Counted from the first letter of the whole stretch, positions 10,191 to 25,553 are shown. The stretch: DNA of 63,500 bases, filler included, from Basidiobolus ranarum (GCA_040143965.1; 4 parts of 4 records of this genome joined end to end with filler, not necessarily neighbours in it); one strand, 5' to 3'. Made by a program: numbers and translations. The notes: a model not told the origin generated them from the letters alone.

Positions 10191-12459
10191 TTAATTAGCA
10201 TGAGGCGCATGCTCTTGTAGCCATTGTTTAGCTGCATCAAGATCTTCACCAGATACTTGTAGCGCTTTCACTATATACTCTGCACGGTAGGTTTTCCCTT
10301 CTGGTGAATCCAACAAGATATCAAGCAAGAATCGCCTTCTACTTGTTGTTTCATCAACACAAAAGTAAAATTGGTTGTCAGCATTAATATCTTTGGGCAC
10401 CAATGGTATTAACGTAGCCACTGCCTCATTAGGATCCAACTTTCTTCCAGCAGAGCTAGCACAATACTAAGTTACATTAGTGGATGTTACAATATAATCA
10501 TTTGAAAAGTGATGTCACATTACCTTGTTTCGACACCAAGAATTACCACATCCTTGAGTTAATTGTGAATGATATTTTCTTACAATTCGCTCCATCAACT
10601 TCTTATTCCCTGAATCTTCGGATGGTGTCCAAAATGGACCAAAGCAACTTTGACACAACTTCAACAGATTGCTACCGACTCCACTGCGATTCTCATTTTC
10701 AGAGCCAGCTCTTGGACGTACACAATTCTCATTGGAGCATAAGATAAACGGTAATTTCTGATTCTGCTTCATGTATGCATGTAATTTACCGTGAACTTGG
10801 ACATTCTTGAGCGATACTGAAGCTCCACATTTAGCACAAGAAATGGTTCTATCTCCACAATAAGACTCGTGCTCTGTCAATCCGAGCAAACGATCATTTG
10901 CTTTCTCCGACAGCGCCTTGTAGGGTACTAGATCATGACAATACCGGCAAACAATCAACCGATCAGGACAAGTGTTTCGTTTGTGTTGAATCAATTCACT
11001 TATCGATTGAAACTCATTTCCACATGTACATTGACGAATAGTGTGGTATGCGTATAGATGTTTTTCTTTCTGTGCGATATCTCCAGCCTAGATAACGAAT
11101 CGAACGTAAGTGATCAGAATGAAGCATGTAAAGAAATGAAATCACTCTACCTGATTACACAAATCGCAATGCCAGTGACTGTCTTCCTCTTCCCCTCTCT
11201 TTAATACTTTACCACAAGTGGAGCACTTTCTATTATTCCGTTCGCAAAAGTTTCTATGGAGTTGAATGGATCTTTCGGACACCCAACTTCCACAGTTGTC
11301 ACAAGGAACATACCCTTCAGCGTTTTTGTAGGGCGAATCCAGATCATCTACGAGCATTTGGTCCCCGTTGGATGTTGTGGCTAATTGATCATCAATTGAC
11401 AACTCAAATGTACATGTCTCGTTACTATAACCGTATACACCAACGTAGTAGAAACCGTCATTCACAAAATCTGGGTCTTGTGAAGAGATGGAAATACATT
11501 TAGAACCGAGATTGAAATTACCCCACACATGATCAGACAAGGTGGGTTTCTCGTGAGAATTAGAGATAATGATATCTAGAAATAGAGAACAAATCATGGT
11601 TAACATCCCATTGATTACATGTGTTTAAACGAATAACCATACCTGAATCTCCTTGGAAGACAGTCAAATGAAAGTTGATTCCAGAAGATGGTTGAGCTCT
11701 GACTTTCCAATATTTGTATTCTCCTTTGATTATCTCGCCACCAATCTTACTACCAATACTTATCTCGCGATTAGAATTGTTGGATTTAGACTTCAGTACA
11801 GACCCTGAATCAATGGATATCCCTTCTTCATTCATAGGTACAATCTCTAATTCCAGGTCAGTATCTACGATATCTACTGCGTCTTCAGGCTTTAATGCCT
11901 CAATTAGAAATTGATACAACTGGGCACCATATTTGATACTAATGACTTCACCAGCCGTTAGAGTGGTAAACTTTGCCCGAAAATTCGCTTCAAAAGCGGA
12001 TCTAAAAGGAGTTAGTTTAATGAGTAAATAGTGAATGAAAACAAAAAAGAACTGAACTATGAACCCCTCATACCTAAAATCTGGTATCGTTTTATAACCC
12101 TCTGTCAAAGGTCTCATACGACCCCAAGTACCTTTGGGTAATTTTTTGGCAGTTATAATTACGTTTTCCCCAACCTTCATGTCAAGTGAAGTGACCAACC
12201 ATTCAGGTAGCTCAACAGTTCCCTCCTCTGCGGTAAATTCACGCACACCTGCGTGAGAAATGACTTTCTTTTTTTCATTCAATAGACGAAAAGTAAAAGG
12301 TGAAGTATGGTTATTCGAAGAAGTTGGTGTGGGTTGAATTAACTGTAAAGTGTTCATTAAGTTCTCTAGACTAGAGGGGGGTAATATTAGTTTATCTCCA
12401 TCGTTTAAACTAGCATTAGCTATGACGCGAAGCTTCGAGTTCCAATTTTGGTTCACCAT
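10191..12459 (-). CDS. UFD1-domain protein with TRAF-like Cys/His fingers and an AZUL-type zinc domain (multi-exon)
   Basis: GDKLILPPSSL, HAGVREFTAEEGTVELPEW, LPKGTWGRMRP, FTTLTAGE, VDIVDTDLELEI (UFD1); CDNC..HRNFCERNNRKC fingers; KYHSQLTQGCGNSWCRNKYC (AZUL-like); ORF pieces linked by GT-AG introns. Confidence 0.85.
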
Positions 12460-12828
12460 ACGTTATGAAAACTTGACTGATAATGAAATATTAATGTAAC
12501 TAGTAAAACTAAAGAACTACTAAAAATAATATTGAACTTTTTCTAAAATTTCCATGAAATACCAATGTTAAATACTAATTGAGAATGCGTCATATATATG
12601 TACACCTACTTACCTTTAGATTTGTAATGAGATTATTAATGTTAGTTGATTATTGAGAGTTAGAAAATGCTAGAATATCCTAGTTAATCTCTTACTTAAT
12701 TAACTTATCTAATATTTAATCAACTTTAGTAGAAATCTGGTTTAATTTTTTTTCTTTTTTTGTTAAATATGGTCGGAAGGTAAACTCAAATAGTTCTTAG
12801 TGAAATTTGAAACTTTAGTAAAGTCAAA

Positions 12829-13468
12829 ATGACCGCTTTCCCAGAAGACGTAGTAAACGAAGTAGTATTATCTGCTAGATATGGTGATGTAGAGGATCTT
12901 CAACAAATTACCCAACAATATGGTACTTCCATTCTTTCCTCTCATAGTTCCAATGGTAACACCCCACTCCACATGGCTAGTGCTAATGGACACACAGGTA
13001 ATGATCGGTGGAATACACCCACTTTACTATCCTAAAATACACTTCATTTTTTTCTAAACCAACCAATTTGAATTTTTTTATATAGAGGCTGTTCAATTTA
13101 TTCTCCAACAACTTCCTCAACAGTTAGTGAATGCTCAAAATGAAGGTGGTAATACTCCCCTTCACTGGGCTGCTTTGAATGGACATATGGAGATTGTCGA
13201 ATTACTGGTAAAAGCTGGTGCTGATCCAGAGGTAAATTAAAGAATATTTTGTTGAAATAAGTTATTCTTACATATACTAATCGAAGAAACCCTCCACTCC
13301 TCTCACATTCAGCTTAAAAATCAAGCTAACAGATCTGCCATGTTTGAAGCTCAACAAAATAATCACGAGAAAATCATTGATTTCCTCTTGATGTCACTAC
13401 CCGACGATGGTTTTGAAGGTGCTGAAGAAGAGGATGAGGAAGAAACCGAAGTAGCTGAAAGTAGTTAA
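12829..13468 (+). CDS. YAR1: Small ankyrin-repeat protein, Yar1-like (Rps3 chaperone)
   Basis: [56 protein letters not shown], acidic tail; two introns; TAA ends 13468. Confidence 0.75.
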
Positions 13469-13882
13469 ATCATATTTAGATTAAAAAATACGTTCCTACA
13501 CCCATATTTCTTTAACATGTCTTCAAGTTCTATCATATAACTTGGGGAATAGAATAGTATCTTATACAAAGCAAGATATAAATCATAAATCATATAATAT
13601 TAAACATCAACCCTTCACCACCAAGTGTTTAGAGTAGCCAAGATTGAATGGAATCTAATGAAATTATTATAAAAAGAAATTAACGAAGGATGATTTAATT
13701 AGAACCACTTTTTTTTCAGTTAAACTTCTTTAAAATCAATATCAACGGCGTCAAGCAATCTGATTGGTGGATGATTTGTCAAGAGATTTGGTAAGTCCAA
13801 ACAATAAATGATTAGATGAAAGGTTTCCTTACATTCTCTCTCCTCCATTCGCATCAGTAGTGTGACGATACTTTAGTATCTG

Positions 13883-14133
13883 GTGAGTTTTTTTAAAATA
13901 TTCTAGAAGCATAGTTGACAATTTATTAGTATATATATAAGGGTATTAAAGTTTATCCACTTCTTCGATCATGCCATCCATCGTGTTTATATACTACAAA
14001 CTTTATCAAATCGATCTTTTACACCTAAAGAATATATGTCATCTCGAAACAATTCAATTTAACCGTTGAGATGGACTGAACTGTCAACTTTCTTCCAAAT
14101 ACACAACAATAGCTAACCTCGATCTTCTATTAG
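13883..14133 (+). other. 5'-UTR intron of RPL6
   Basis: GTGAGT donor after a pyrimidine-rich leader, GCTAAC branch point, TAG acceptor 16 nt before the RPL6 ATG. Confidence 0.7.
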
Positions 14134-14149
14134 TGGTAAATTTAAGGAT

Positions 14150-14860
14150 ATGTCCCGTAACTCTTTCCTAGCCCCTGGTGTCACTCGCCTTTCCCGCTCT
14201 AGTGCTTACACTAAGCGTGCCCTTTACAAGAAGCAAAAGACTGCTGCCGGTAAGTCTGATGCTACTGCTCAAAACACCAAGACTGTCCAAGTTAACGGTG
14301 AAAAGAATGGTAAAGAACGCATTGTTGCTTTGAACAAGGCTCCTCGTTGGTATCCTGCTGAGGACATTGCTCAACCCAAGGCCTCCCGTAAGGTCGCCAA
14401 GCCTACCAAACTTCGCTCTACCATTACCCCCGGTACTGTTCTTGTACTTTTAGCCGGTCGTTTCCGTGGTAAAAGAGTCGTTTGCTTGAAGCAACTTGCT
14501 TCTGGTTTGTTATTGATCACTGGCCCATATAAGGTTAATGGTGTTCCTCTTAGACGTGTCAACCAAGCTTATGTCCTTGCCACCTCTACTAAGATTGATT
14601 TGAGTAATGTTCAAATTGATGAGAAGTTCAATGATGAATACTTCAAAGAAAAGAAGTCTGTTAAGGCTACCAAGACTGAAGAAGAATTCTTTGATGAGAA
14701 GCAACCCAAGAAGGTCATCTCCGAATCTCGTTCTGCTGATCAAAAGTCAGTTGATAAGGAGATCTTGACTGCTATCTCCCAAACTTCTCACCTTCGTTCT
14801 TACTTGAATGCCTCTTTCTCTCTTAGAAAGGGACAGGCTCCTCATGCCATGAAGTTCTAA
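14150..14860 (+). CDS. RPL6: 60S ribosomal protein L6 (eL6)
   Basis: WYPAED, LRSTITPGTVLVLLAGRFRGKRVV, TGPYKVNGVPLRRVNQAYVLATST, C-terminal PHAMKF. Confidence 0.97.
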   Translation: MSRNSFLAPGVTRLSRSSAYTKRALYKKQKTAAGKSDATAQNTKTVQVNGEKNGKERIVALNKAPRWYPAEDIAQPKASRKVAKPTKLRSTITPGTVLVLLAGRFRGKRVVCLKQLASGLLLITGPYKVNGVPLRRVNQAYVLATSTKIDLSNVQIDEKFNDEYFKEKKSVKATKTEEEFFDEKQPKKVISESRSADQKSVDKEILTAISQTSHLRSYLNASFSLRKGQAPHAMKF

Positions 14861-15520
14861 ATTTATTATTCATCTCTACAATAAATTGTCTGCGGGAAAC
14901 TTAAACTTGGAATTTTAAAACTGAAACTTGGGTTCTGTTCGTTTCACTTTATGATTTATTTTAGTCGCTAACTAAAATACTACATCAAACAGCGTTCATT
15001 CTTCGCGTAGACAAATGGGACTCAATGTTGCTTAGGTCTCCAGATATTTATCATAGATAGTTGAAGTTAATACCTTGCTTCTCTAAATTAATCACTTTCA
15101 TATTCAAGACATTTACTTTGGGAGATTACCAATGTTTCTGTCAGGTTTAAATTAACTTCATACCAAAATAGATACAAAATATCCATATCGCCCTCACTTC
15201 AATTTGTCCGTTTCTAAGCAGAGATTTAAAATGAAAATCCGAGTTAAATGACACGCTAGGATACGAGGGAAATTAGATAATAAAAAAATTACAAGAGAAA
15301 AGAAAATGCAGGTGTGGATACACAAAAGAGAGCTAAAAGAATGTGGAAGAAACGGCGACAAAAGGGAATGATTTTCGAATGCAAAAATATAAGAGGTTTT
15401 TGCAAAATAACCACGCAAATAAAATGATAAATAACATCAAGTATACAGAGTATTCGAAGGGAGAACTGAGTGAATTTATAAGAATAAAAAAGGACGGTGA
15501 GAGAGAGGGCTTCTATTCAT

Positions 15521-15828
15521 CTATGAACGCGTATTATTACTACCAGGAACAGTGGCCCATTGATTAGGCTTTGGCATGGAAGATATGTGCTTGTCATTGC
15601 CATGGGTTTCCAGAGATTTTGAGGGTAGATGTGATACTGGATTAACTCCAGGTGAACCGTAAGGAGAATCCCGGTTACTGCTATCTTTAAACCTGTTTTC
15701 ATCCACATTATTTCGACCATTAAATGGCACCGAGGGCGGAAGAGGGTAATTGTTCGCTCGGAAGCCACCATAGCGATTGTCTCGGTAATCAGGCGCAGCT
15801 ACACCAAAAGAATTGGGTTTCATGCGTC
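15521..15828 (-). CDS. C-terminal fragment of a low-complexity N/P/R/G-rich protein, cut by contig edge
   Basis: Open frame from the linker to TAG at 15521 (…RYGGFRANNYPLPP…NQWATVPGSNNTRS*), followed by pyrimidine-rich 3' UTR-like sequence. Confidence 0.55.
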
Positions 15829-15928
15829 NNNNNNNNNNNNNNNNNNNNNNNNNNNNNNNNNNNNNNNNNNNNTTAATTAATTAANNNNNNNNNNNNNNNN
15901 NNNNNNNNNNNNNNNNNNNNNNNNNNNN
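15829..15928. other. Artificial contig linker (N run with TTAATTAATTAA all-frame stop)
   Basis: 100 nt, identical design to the two other linkers. Confidence 0.95.
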
Positions 15929-16354
15929 AGATACTTGTTTGTATAATTCCATACATTGTAAGATACCGATCCTTCGATTCTTTCTAACCTTCGATTTCAT
16001 TCAGATTCAGTTTCGGAAACGAAAAGGAAAACGGATATGCATACGTATACCATTTTTAAAGTCATGGATCAAACCTAACTGCTGATTATTCATGATGCAT
16101 AATATTGTTGACAATTGCACGTGCAATACCGAGACTTGACATGTATTTGTATAACGTAGCTAATTTTTATTTGTCTCATCATATTAGTTGATACTGAGTT
16201 CCATCCAATCATTAAGGAATATTTCCATTATGGCGGGTTAAACCAATCATATTCATTAACTTGACACCCCAAAGTAAATCCCAGTGATGATGATGGGATA
16301 TATAAATATGAGCTTTCTACATGCACGTCTCTCACATATCACCTAATATTCAAC

Positions 16355-16709
16355 ATGTCTGACGCCGCTTCCACCGGAAATGTAAGTAATCTTAATGGAG
16401 AAGAGAGATGAATAATGTGTCCCAAGTAGGAATTCCATTGAAACTTACTGTTCTTTTCATTTCAAGACTGCCTTCGTTAACGCTTCTGAGGAGGTCAAGA
16501 CCTTGGCTACTAAGCCCTCTACTGACTCCCTTCTCGAACTCTACGCTCTTTTCAAGCAAAGTATCTTCGGTGATAACACTACCACTAAGCCTGGTATGTT
16601 CGATATCTCCGGAAAGGCTAAGTGGGAAGCTTGGAACGGCAAGAAGGGTATGACCAAGGAAGCTGCCCAAGCTGCCTACATTGCCCTTGTTGAATCCCTC
16701 AAGGCTTAG
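16355..16709 (+). CDS. ACB1: Acyl-CoA-binding protein
   Basis: Exon 16355-16381, intron 16382-16466, then AFVNASEEVKTL..LLELYALFKQSIFGD..KPGMFDISGKAKWEAWNGKKGM; upstream TATATAAAT near 16300. Confidence 0.95.
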
Positions 16710-17482
16710 ATTCATACATCTAAATACAATCTCATCTCATCCTCATAATAAATACTTGAAAATTTACTCAAAGCTCATGGATATTTGATTCGAATGGTGA
16801 TATCACAAAGTATGTAGATTTAGCTAAGAGTTTCAGATAGAATTCCCGACCTCTTTTATTGGTGAAACTACCAAACTTTAGTTGACAGATACTTCTGTAT
16901 CCAATAGAATATATAGTTCATTCTATTTCTAGCAACTAAGAATTATTTCATATTTCCTTTGTTCATTTACTTCAACCACAAATATAACACTTCATCCATC
17001 AGTCGATCTATTCTTTTACAATTTAGCTATATTTAAAAGAACTCACACTATCTACTTCCAATCTCATATTACACACATTTGATCTCCTTGATAACTTAAC
17101 CACTAAATATCAATATCTAGATGAAGATCCGGATTTTGATGCACTGGCCTAGATCTATCCGTGCGAAATGCATATCAATAATATATATATATCCAAGTAT
17201 GTATATTATAAACGCTATACTTTACATTCATTCACTCTTTAAAATGAATTTCGCTCTAACAAAGAAAGTGATTTATTATTGTTCGAAAGAAAGTAAAAAC
17301 CACTCCGGTAGATAATGATAATGTTGTCAAAAATGGAGGTTTCGATATTGTTTCACCAAAGAATACCATGAATCGACAAGAAATTGGGAAGAGAAGGGGG
17401 GGATGTGATGAAAATGGGGTTAGGAAAAGAGAATTACGGATATATTTATAAAAGAACTCTTCAAATCAATTCATTATTCTCT

Positions 17483-20400
17483 CTAAGGAAGTGGTTGAGG
17501 AACTGGTCTATTGGCACTTTGATTGGGTCTAAAGAAGCAATATAATTTAGAGAGAGGAAACCATAGTTCTACTGAATGGTCTGTAGAAGCTGAGGACTGC
17601 TCTCGGAGTAGATCGTTCATTTGGGGAGAATATTGTACTTGAGCGTATCTTTGAATGTAGAGTGGGATCATACATACGATACTAGTGGCTACAATAGCTA
17701 ACCAAAACATCCACTCTCCATATACCTTATGAATAACGTGGTACATTCCAAGGACCTGCACCATTGATATAACATAAGATATAGCAAAATAGAAACCAAT
17801 GGTTCCCCAAATCACTAGATGATTCAAGATTGTGAAATAGTTGGTCTCCAGTGCCAATGTCAATTGAACAACCTACATCGAAAAAAAGTGATGAATTTCC
17901 ACTCCAAAATTTCAACACAATTGTAATAGTAATATTCAATTTACCAGCATGACTACTGTAAACACCACCGTTGACATGGTCTCTCGCCCATCATTTCCAA
18001 ACCCATTGACAGATTCCCAGTCCCAAAACGTAAACATACAAGCTAGAAGTGTGACTACTGCCTGGAAAATAGCCTTAACGATCCAAGGCGAGAAACCATT
18101 TAAGAAAGAACTTCTAGAGCGACCTTTGTTTGATTGATAAACTGGAGGGTGTTCGAAGATAGCAGATTCCTCGACATCCTTATCCAAGATATAGAATAAA
18201 ATTGGAAGTTGGGTGAAGAGGGTGTTGTACGTAGTCAAACTAAACGCATTCAATAGGGAAGTACCGGAAAATCCACATACAACTTGGTACAGAATCTAAG
18301 GATATAAAAGAAACTTTTGGTACGTAAACATGGAAAGACAACAACCGAGTGGGAATTTACCTGGATCATACAGACATAAATACTAGTATTACAATGGCCT
18401 TGGTTAATACTCAACATTTGTTTGTTTTAAATGGCAAAATCAACTAACCTCTTGTAAAAGGAGTACAAGGCGACTACAGAGGTTCTGTGGAGCGAGTATC
18501 TTCCATGTACTATTCCGATGGACAAGTTAGCTACATAATACTAAGGAGACGTGGATCAGAGAAACTTGAGACTCACCTAAAACCAACCGTTGTAGATGCG
18601 CAAATTTGGTGATGCTGTAATCAGCCGCACGAGCTGCTTGTAGCCCTTCTCTACCTCTAATACCAACACCAACATTGGCCTTGAAAAAAGGGGTTAATCG
18701 AAAAAGGGAATGAGTCGTTTAGAGCTTAAATTACCTGTTGGATCATTAAAACATCGTTTCCACCATCCCCTATTGATAATGTTACGAATCCCTTCTCTTT
18801 GATTGTAGTAACCACTTGACATTTCTGACTGGGGGTGACCCTACAGCAGACTACTGTATGAGCAAGCATGCATAATTTCATGAATTGCTCATTACAGTTC
18901 TGATCTTCAACAATAGTAGTAAGAGCATTTCCATCAATAACAACAGAAAGGGATAGGTCATAAACAGAATCAATATTGGGTGAATCTAGTGCTCGCTCCG
19001 AATCAATATTAGCGCGATGTTGATGCATTGCACGCTCAATCTCCCCTTGCAATTCCTCGACTGATTTTTGTGTCCCCTCCAAACGAATCAAAGTGGAGTG
19101 GTTCGACGAAGAAAGAAGGTTACAGCTGTGTATCAAATTATTAACGTCTATGGATGTTGTAGCTTAAAGATGTGTTAAACGATAATACCTTGTGGCAATC
19201 TATGCAAATGAATAAAAGTTGGTTAGATACGTTTACTAAAAAGCTAAAGAAAAGAAAGTTGCTCGACAACATACTTGAATAGCGGTAGTCAACTTATCTC
19301 CTGCAAGGGTTTTCAAAGGTTAAAGAAGATTTCGAGATTAAAATGATTGTCAATGGCTCACCTGTAAGCATCCATAGCTTGATTCCGGCTTCTCTAAATA
19401 GAGCAATGGTTTCGGGAACGTCATCTTGTAGTTTGTCCTCGATAGCAGTGCATCCTAACAAAGTAAACTCGGTTTCAATAGAATTATAGCATTCCTCCAA
19501 CTTGGCTTCACGGTCGTCCAACGAGGTATTAGCTTCATGGAATCCTTCGGACCACATTTTGTATTCTTCGAGAGTCAGATCCCTATAACCGACAATTAAG
19601 GTGCGAAGACCGAGTTGAGCAAACTCATTAAGATGTTTCATGGTCGCTTGAACCATATCCTTTTGTCTGTTACAATGAGGCAACATCGAATCGTCTGCTC
19701 CTTTGGAAATCAATCTTATCCGTGGTGGCTTGTTAGCGTCGTCCGGATTACTACTGTATTCCCGAATAATAACTGACATGCGTTTTCTATCGGATGAGAA
19801 CTCCAATACATTCAGCACTTGATACGCTTCTTTGTGGCCCATTGTATCTATGTGAATAACATCGTTGCTTTTCCCAGTAAATACAATTCCAACATCAGCA
19901 GCCCCCATAACCAAGGCTTCTTCGTCAGGAGAGGAGCCTCTATATATGGGACGTCCATTCTCAAAAACCTCAGAAGGTAGGATTGTATTGCAGACAGCCA
20001 GGGATCGGAAGAAATCAACTACCTCCTCGCTCTTGTGAGTATTTCTAGGTTCAGTAATGGACATGGCACTGCTTTGAAGAAGATCTCGGAGAATCTCATC
20101 CGACCTAAGATCATCACAGCCCTCAGTATGACCAAAGATCGCACCACCTATGGAGCATTTCTTCAACACCATGATGTTTTCCGTTAGTGTTCCTAAGTAT
20201 GAATAAGCATTAACGAAATGCAACAACGGTCAATGGAATCTGTCTTTTACCTGTTTTGTCGGTGAAAATGTAGTCTATCTGGCCCAAATCTTCAGATATG
20301 GCGGTATTTGCCGCAAAGGCACCACCCGTCTTGTCGGAGTACATCTTCAAATCCTAGCATATGATGAGAGTAAGTTCAACTGATATGAAGGGTCACTCAC

Positions 20401-21897
20401 ACACTAAATACTTACCCAATTGATAAACATAGCATACATATATTTACAGATGTCCTATCAAATATCAGAAATATCTACATCAGTATTGCGCTGATTTCGG
20501 TGGCCAAGATGGGCTTACTAACCAGGGTGACTTTGAGCGAGATGGGGATCATCAAGGACATCAGCAAGAGCATCCTCAAAGGGATAATAAGATAGTGGTA
20601 CCATTGTGAAAGATTTTCGGTGATCAGATAAGTATGTTGACCCTTAAAGTAGCTCTCTTGTTCGATGTCTCCGATAACTCCATTCAAAAGTACCAACGAA
20701 AGCTGAATAACGAAAATCATCATGCTGGCTCTTTCAACCTGTCGATCTATCTTGGTGAGCTTAACTGGGGGTACTTGTTTGTTCATTCCTATTTTAGTTT
20801 CGTTTCCAGTATATACCGACAGCCCATATGCAAAATCTGTATTCTTAAGAAATGTTCCCTGGAGAAGTAATTGCTTCGAAGTAAGAGCAGAGAACTCGCC
20901 AGATTCCGGAGACGACTCGAGTCTCGCATCGAACTTGTATATATGGCCATTGGGTTGTGGACAATGAACTACACGACATTAGTAACAACTCAAACGTAGC
21001 CTCCTATCGAACTATAAACTACTTACCAACTCCATCAAAAGCGATAACCTCAGTATCAGAAAGACTACCAGTCAAGTTAGGGGCAGTTCGGGTTTTCAGA
21101 TCCGTTTCACCATCCAAGTTAGCAGTTTGAATGTAGCAAGTGCCGTCTAAATCCGATGAACGCAGTAAAACCATATCACAAGGTATCTCGGTCCCCTGCT
21201 CTACCTAAAGACATTCGTATTAAACAACGAGTTAAATTATTTTGCACTATCTAGGAAATCTGTCTATGACTAATTACCCGAACAATATCGCCAACTCCAA
21301 TATCTTGACATTTGACTTTTAAACCACGTCCATTCTTGTACACTGTGTACAAACGTTTGTTGAATTCTTCATCTGATTTGTATCGTTGATAATCGTCCAA
21401 TCCCTCTTTCATAGCAGAAATCGAAAAGATCATAATTAAGGGAGTCCAAGTAGTTAGAGGATTTACCGGTGTCTACATATAAAATGTAACCATTATAAAC
21501 TAATCATTAAAAGTTAAGTTGAGCATAAAACACCAACCAAAGAAGAATTTAACTGGAGGCAGGCAATTAACAGGAAGTAAAGATTCATAAAACGACTAAA
21601 TGTGGGGTGTTTTAGTATCCATATCAAAAACAATTGAATAAATCACCGAGTCTCGAAAATAGTTTACCTAAACTGTTCCAACAAATTCTTGGGAAGAAAA
21701 CTAAGAACGGTATACTTTGTGTTAGTAATCTTATTTAACAGAAAGTTTGAGTTTGCTATTTGGTTATTAGCAAACACTAGTCTTGGCGCTTCTGGGTCCT
21801 CGGTAGGCGAGACATTAGACCAGCGGTGGAATGGTCGTACCAAAAGTTGTTTGACTTTAGAATACAGGCGCTTTGGGAAATCATGAGGAGACCTCAT
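17483..21897 (-). CDS. P4-type ATPase (phospholipid flippase), many exons
   Basis: [48 protein letters not shown] (split by intron), [42 protein letters not shown]. Confidence 0.95.
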
Positions 21898-22719
21898 ATT
21901 AAAGAAAGCCAATAGAAGTGTTTACGGACAAGGAACAACCTAAATAATACTTGTAGGTTGTAGAATAAGAACTCGAATCTCAACTCCTCTAACACGGTAG
22001 AGTGGAATATATCACCGGCAAAAAATAGATTTACTTCGAGAAAAGTTTGTCTAGTATAGTAAACCAAAGTAGTTCCTTGTCAAATGAAAAATTACAAGTC
22101 TCAAATTACCATTCATGATATAACGTAATTCTACGTTATCATTATTAATTTAGGAACCATATTAAGTACAAGCTTTCTTATTGGTTCGGAATCTTGGATG
22201 ATAGCAAAGCGTTAATGAAAACTGTCACGACTTTGCTACCATAAAATATTGATGTATTTGGAAAGGTTTGTCCGTTAATACTAACACTTTGCTTTGCTAT
22301 ATTCGGGAGTCAAATGTATTGCTTCTGCATTCACTCTGTAGCTATGTAAATGGTTTCATAATCATTTAACTTGGAGTATGGTTGTGTTCGATCAATGATT
22401 TAATTGATAATAATAACTCGGCTGTTTGTAATCTGATTTTTGATGCGCCGTGTAGTTATCAAACTATTAAACCAACTTCAGTCAAATTAAACAACAAAAG
22501 GAAATGTTGGTTAAGATCAACTCTAAATATGCACTTAATATGACGTGGCAGGCCATTAGCCATCGATTTCTGTTGTTTTTTTCCTGGTTGGATATTATGA
22601 ATCTGACGTTACGACTAGGTAACACCTTAATTTACTAGAATCTGATTTGAAAAACTAAGGGCTTAACTTGTTAATTGCTCTGTTGGTTTGCCCTTCTTCT
22701 TCACTAATATCCTTCCATC

Positions 22720-23655
22720 ATGCTTCACAAGTCACTAGGGATTTTCGGTTTATTCCTTGTGTCCACATTATTGTTGGTGACATTTGCTCCTACTACGCAA
22801 GCTTTGTATTTTTATTTACAAGGAACTGAGCAAAAATGTTTTATTGAAGAATTACCTAAAGATACAGTCGTTAACGGTTAGCTCTTCACTTTAATATTCA
22901 AATAGTTGCAGTAAATGGTTTTAAACTTTATCTTTATCCAATTAGGTCAATACAAATCTGAGGAATGGAACGATTCTGCTCAACAATACATGGAAAATCC
23001 TGCCAATGGCATTCAGATTACCGTAGAGGTAAATTTGGTTTATGATGCAAGCTTTATCAAGGATATATTAGAACTCTTTTTTCTTATATAGGAATTACCA
23101 GAACAACATAGAATCATCAACCAAAAAGGTGCTCATCTTGGTCGTTTCACTTTTACTACTGCTGAATCTGGACAACACGCAATCTGTTTCTCAAGCAACA
23201 GCACTGGGTGGTTCACTTCCACTGTCACCGTAAGTGGAATATTTTAATTCTAGAGCTTGTAGCATCTCTGATTGAACAATATTTGAAATATAGAGACTTC
23301 ATTTGGATATGACTCTTGGTGATACCGAACCTGATAGTTATGACGCTGACGAAAAATTGGATGGTTTGTAGTTCTATTATTATCATCAAAAGTATAGTTG
23401 AATCTCTATTGACCTATACCACCCAACTCAATAGATATCGCTCGTAAGATCCGTGAACTTAATGGTCGTGTCGAGGAGATTCACCGTGAGCAAGAATACC
23501 AAAAGAGACGTGAAGCCGAATTCCGTGACCAAAGTGAAAGTACCAACGGTCGTGTTGTTTGGTGGACACTTATTCAACTTGTTGTCCTTGGAGTTACTTG
23601 CGCTTGGCAAATGCGTCATCTCAAGAAATTCTTTGAAGCCAAGAAATTGGTTTAA
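22720..23655 (+). CDS. p24/emp24/gp25L cargo receptor, alpha subfamily (Erp1/TMED9-like)
   Basis: Signal peptide, ALYFYLQGTEQKCFIEELPKDT, GRFTFT...HAICF, EQEYQKRREAEFRDQSESTNGRVVWW, TM helix, FFEAKKLV* dilysine tail; four introns. Confidence 0.92.
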
Positions 23656-23918
23656 AGCGTTAAGATTAGCTCTATTAAAAACGATGAATAATTTTTATAT
23701 TCTTCCAATTATTATATTCTTCTAGTTCCAACCTTTCTGTTCACTCCCTTTTTTTACATATCAATGTTTGATGATCTCGGATAAGATCTCAGTAGAGATG
23801 TCACATTCCTTTGTCTGTTCAAAAACAAATCAATATATCCAGTAAAGTTGATAGTTGGCAAATTAGCGCAATCCTAGTGATCCTCTTGATTGGATGTATG
23901 TCCCTCTCTACGTATATG

Positions 23919-23937
23919 TATATATATATATATATAT
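23919..23937. repeat. (TA)n microsatellite
   Basis: Run of about nine TA units between convergent genes. Confidence 0.7.
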
Positions 23938-24128
23938 GCATTATGTGGTTATGTTGGAGAAATATATATAAAACAGTTACATGAGAACCCGCAAGCAAGT
24001 AAACAAACCAAATGGACATACATAATAATAAACAGTTTCGGTGAAGAAGGAATTAATGATAAATAGGTTGAAGTCAGCGATGAGTGGATGCCGTCAAAAT
24101 AAGCAGACAAGGAATATGTATTGGGTAC

Positions 24129-25553
<1,425 letters not shown>

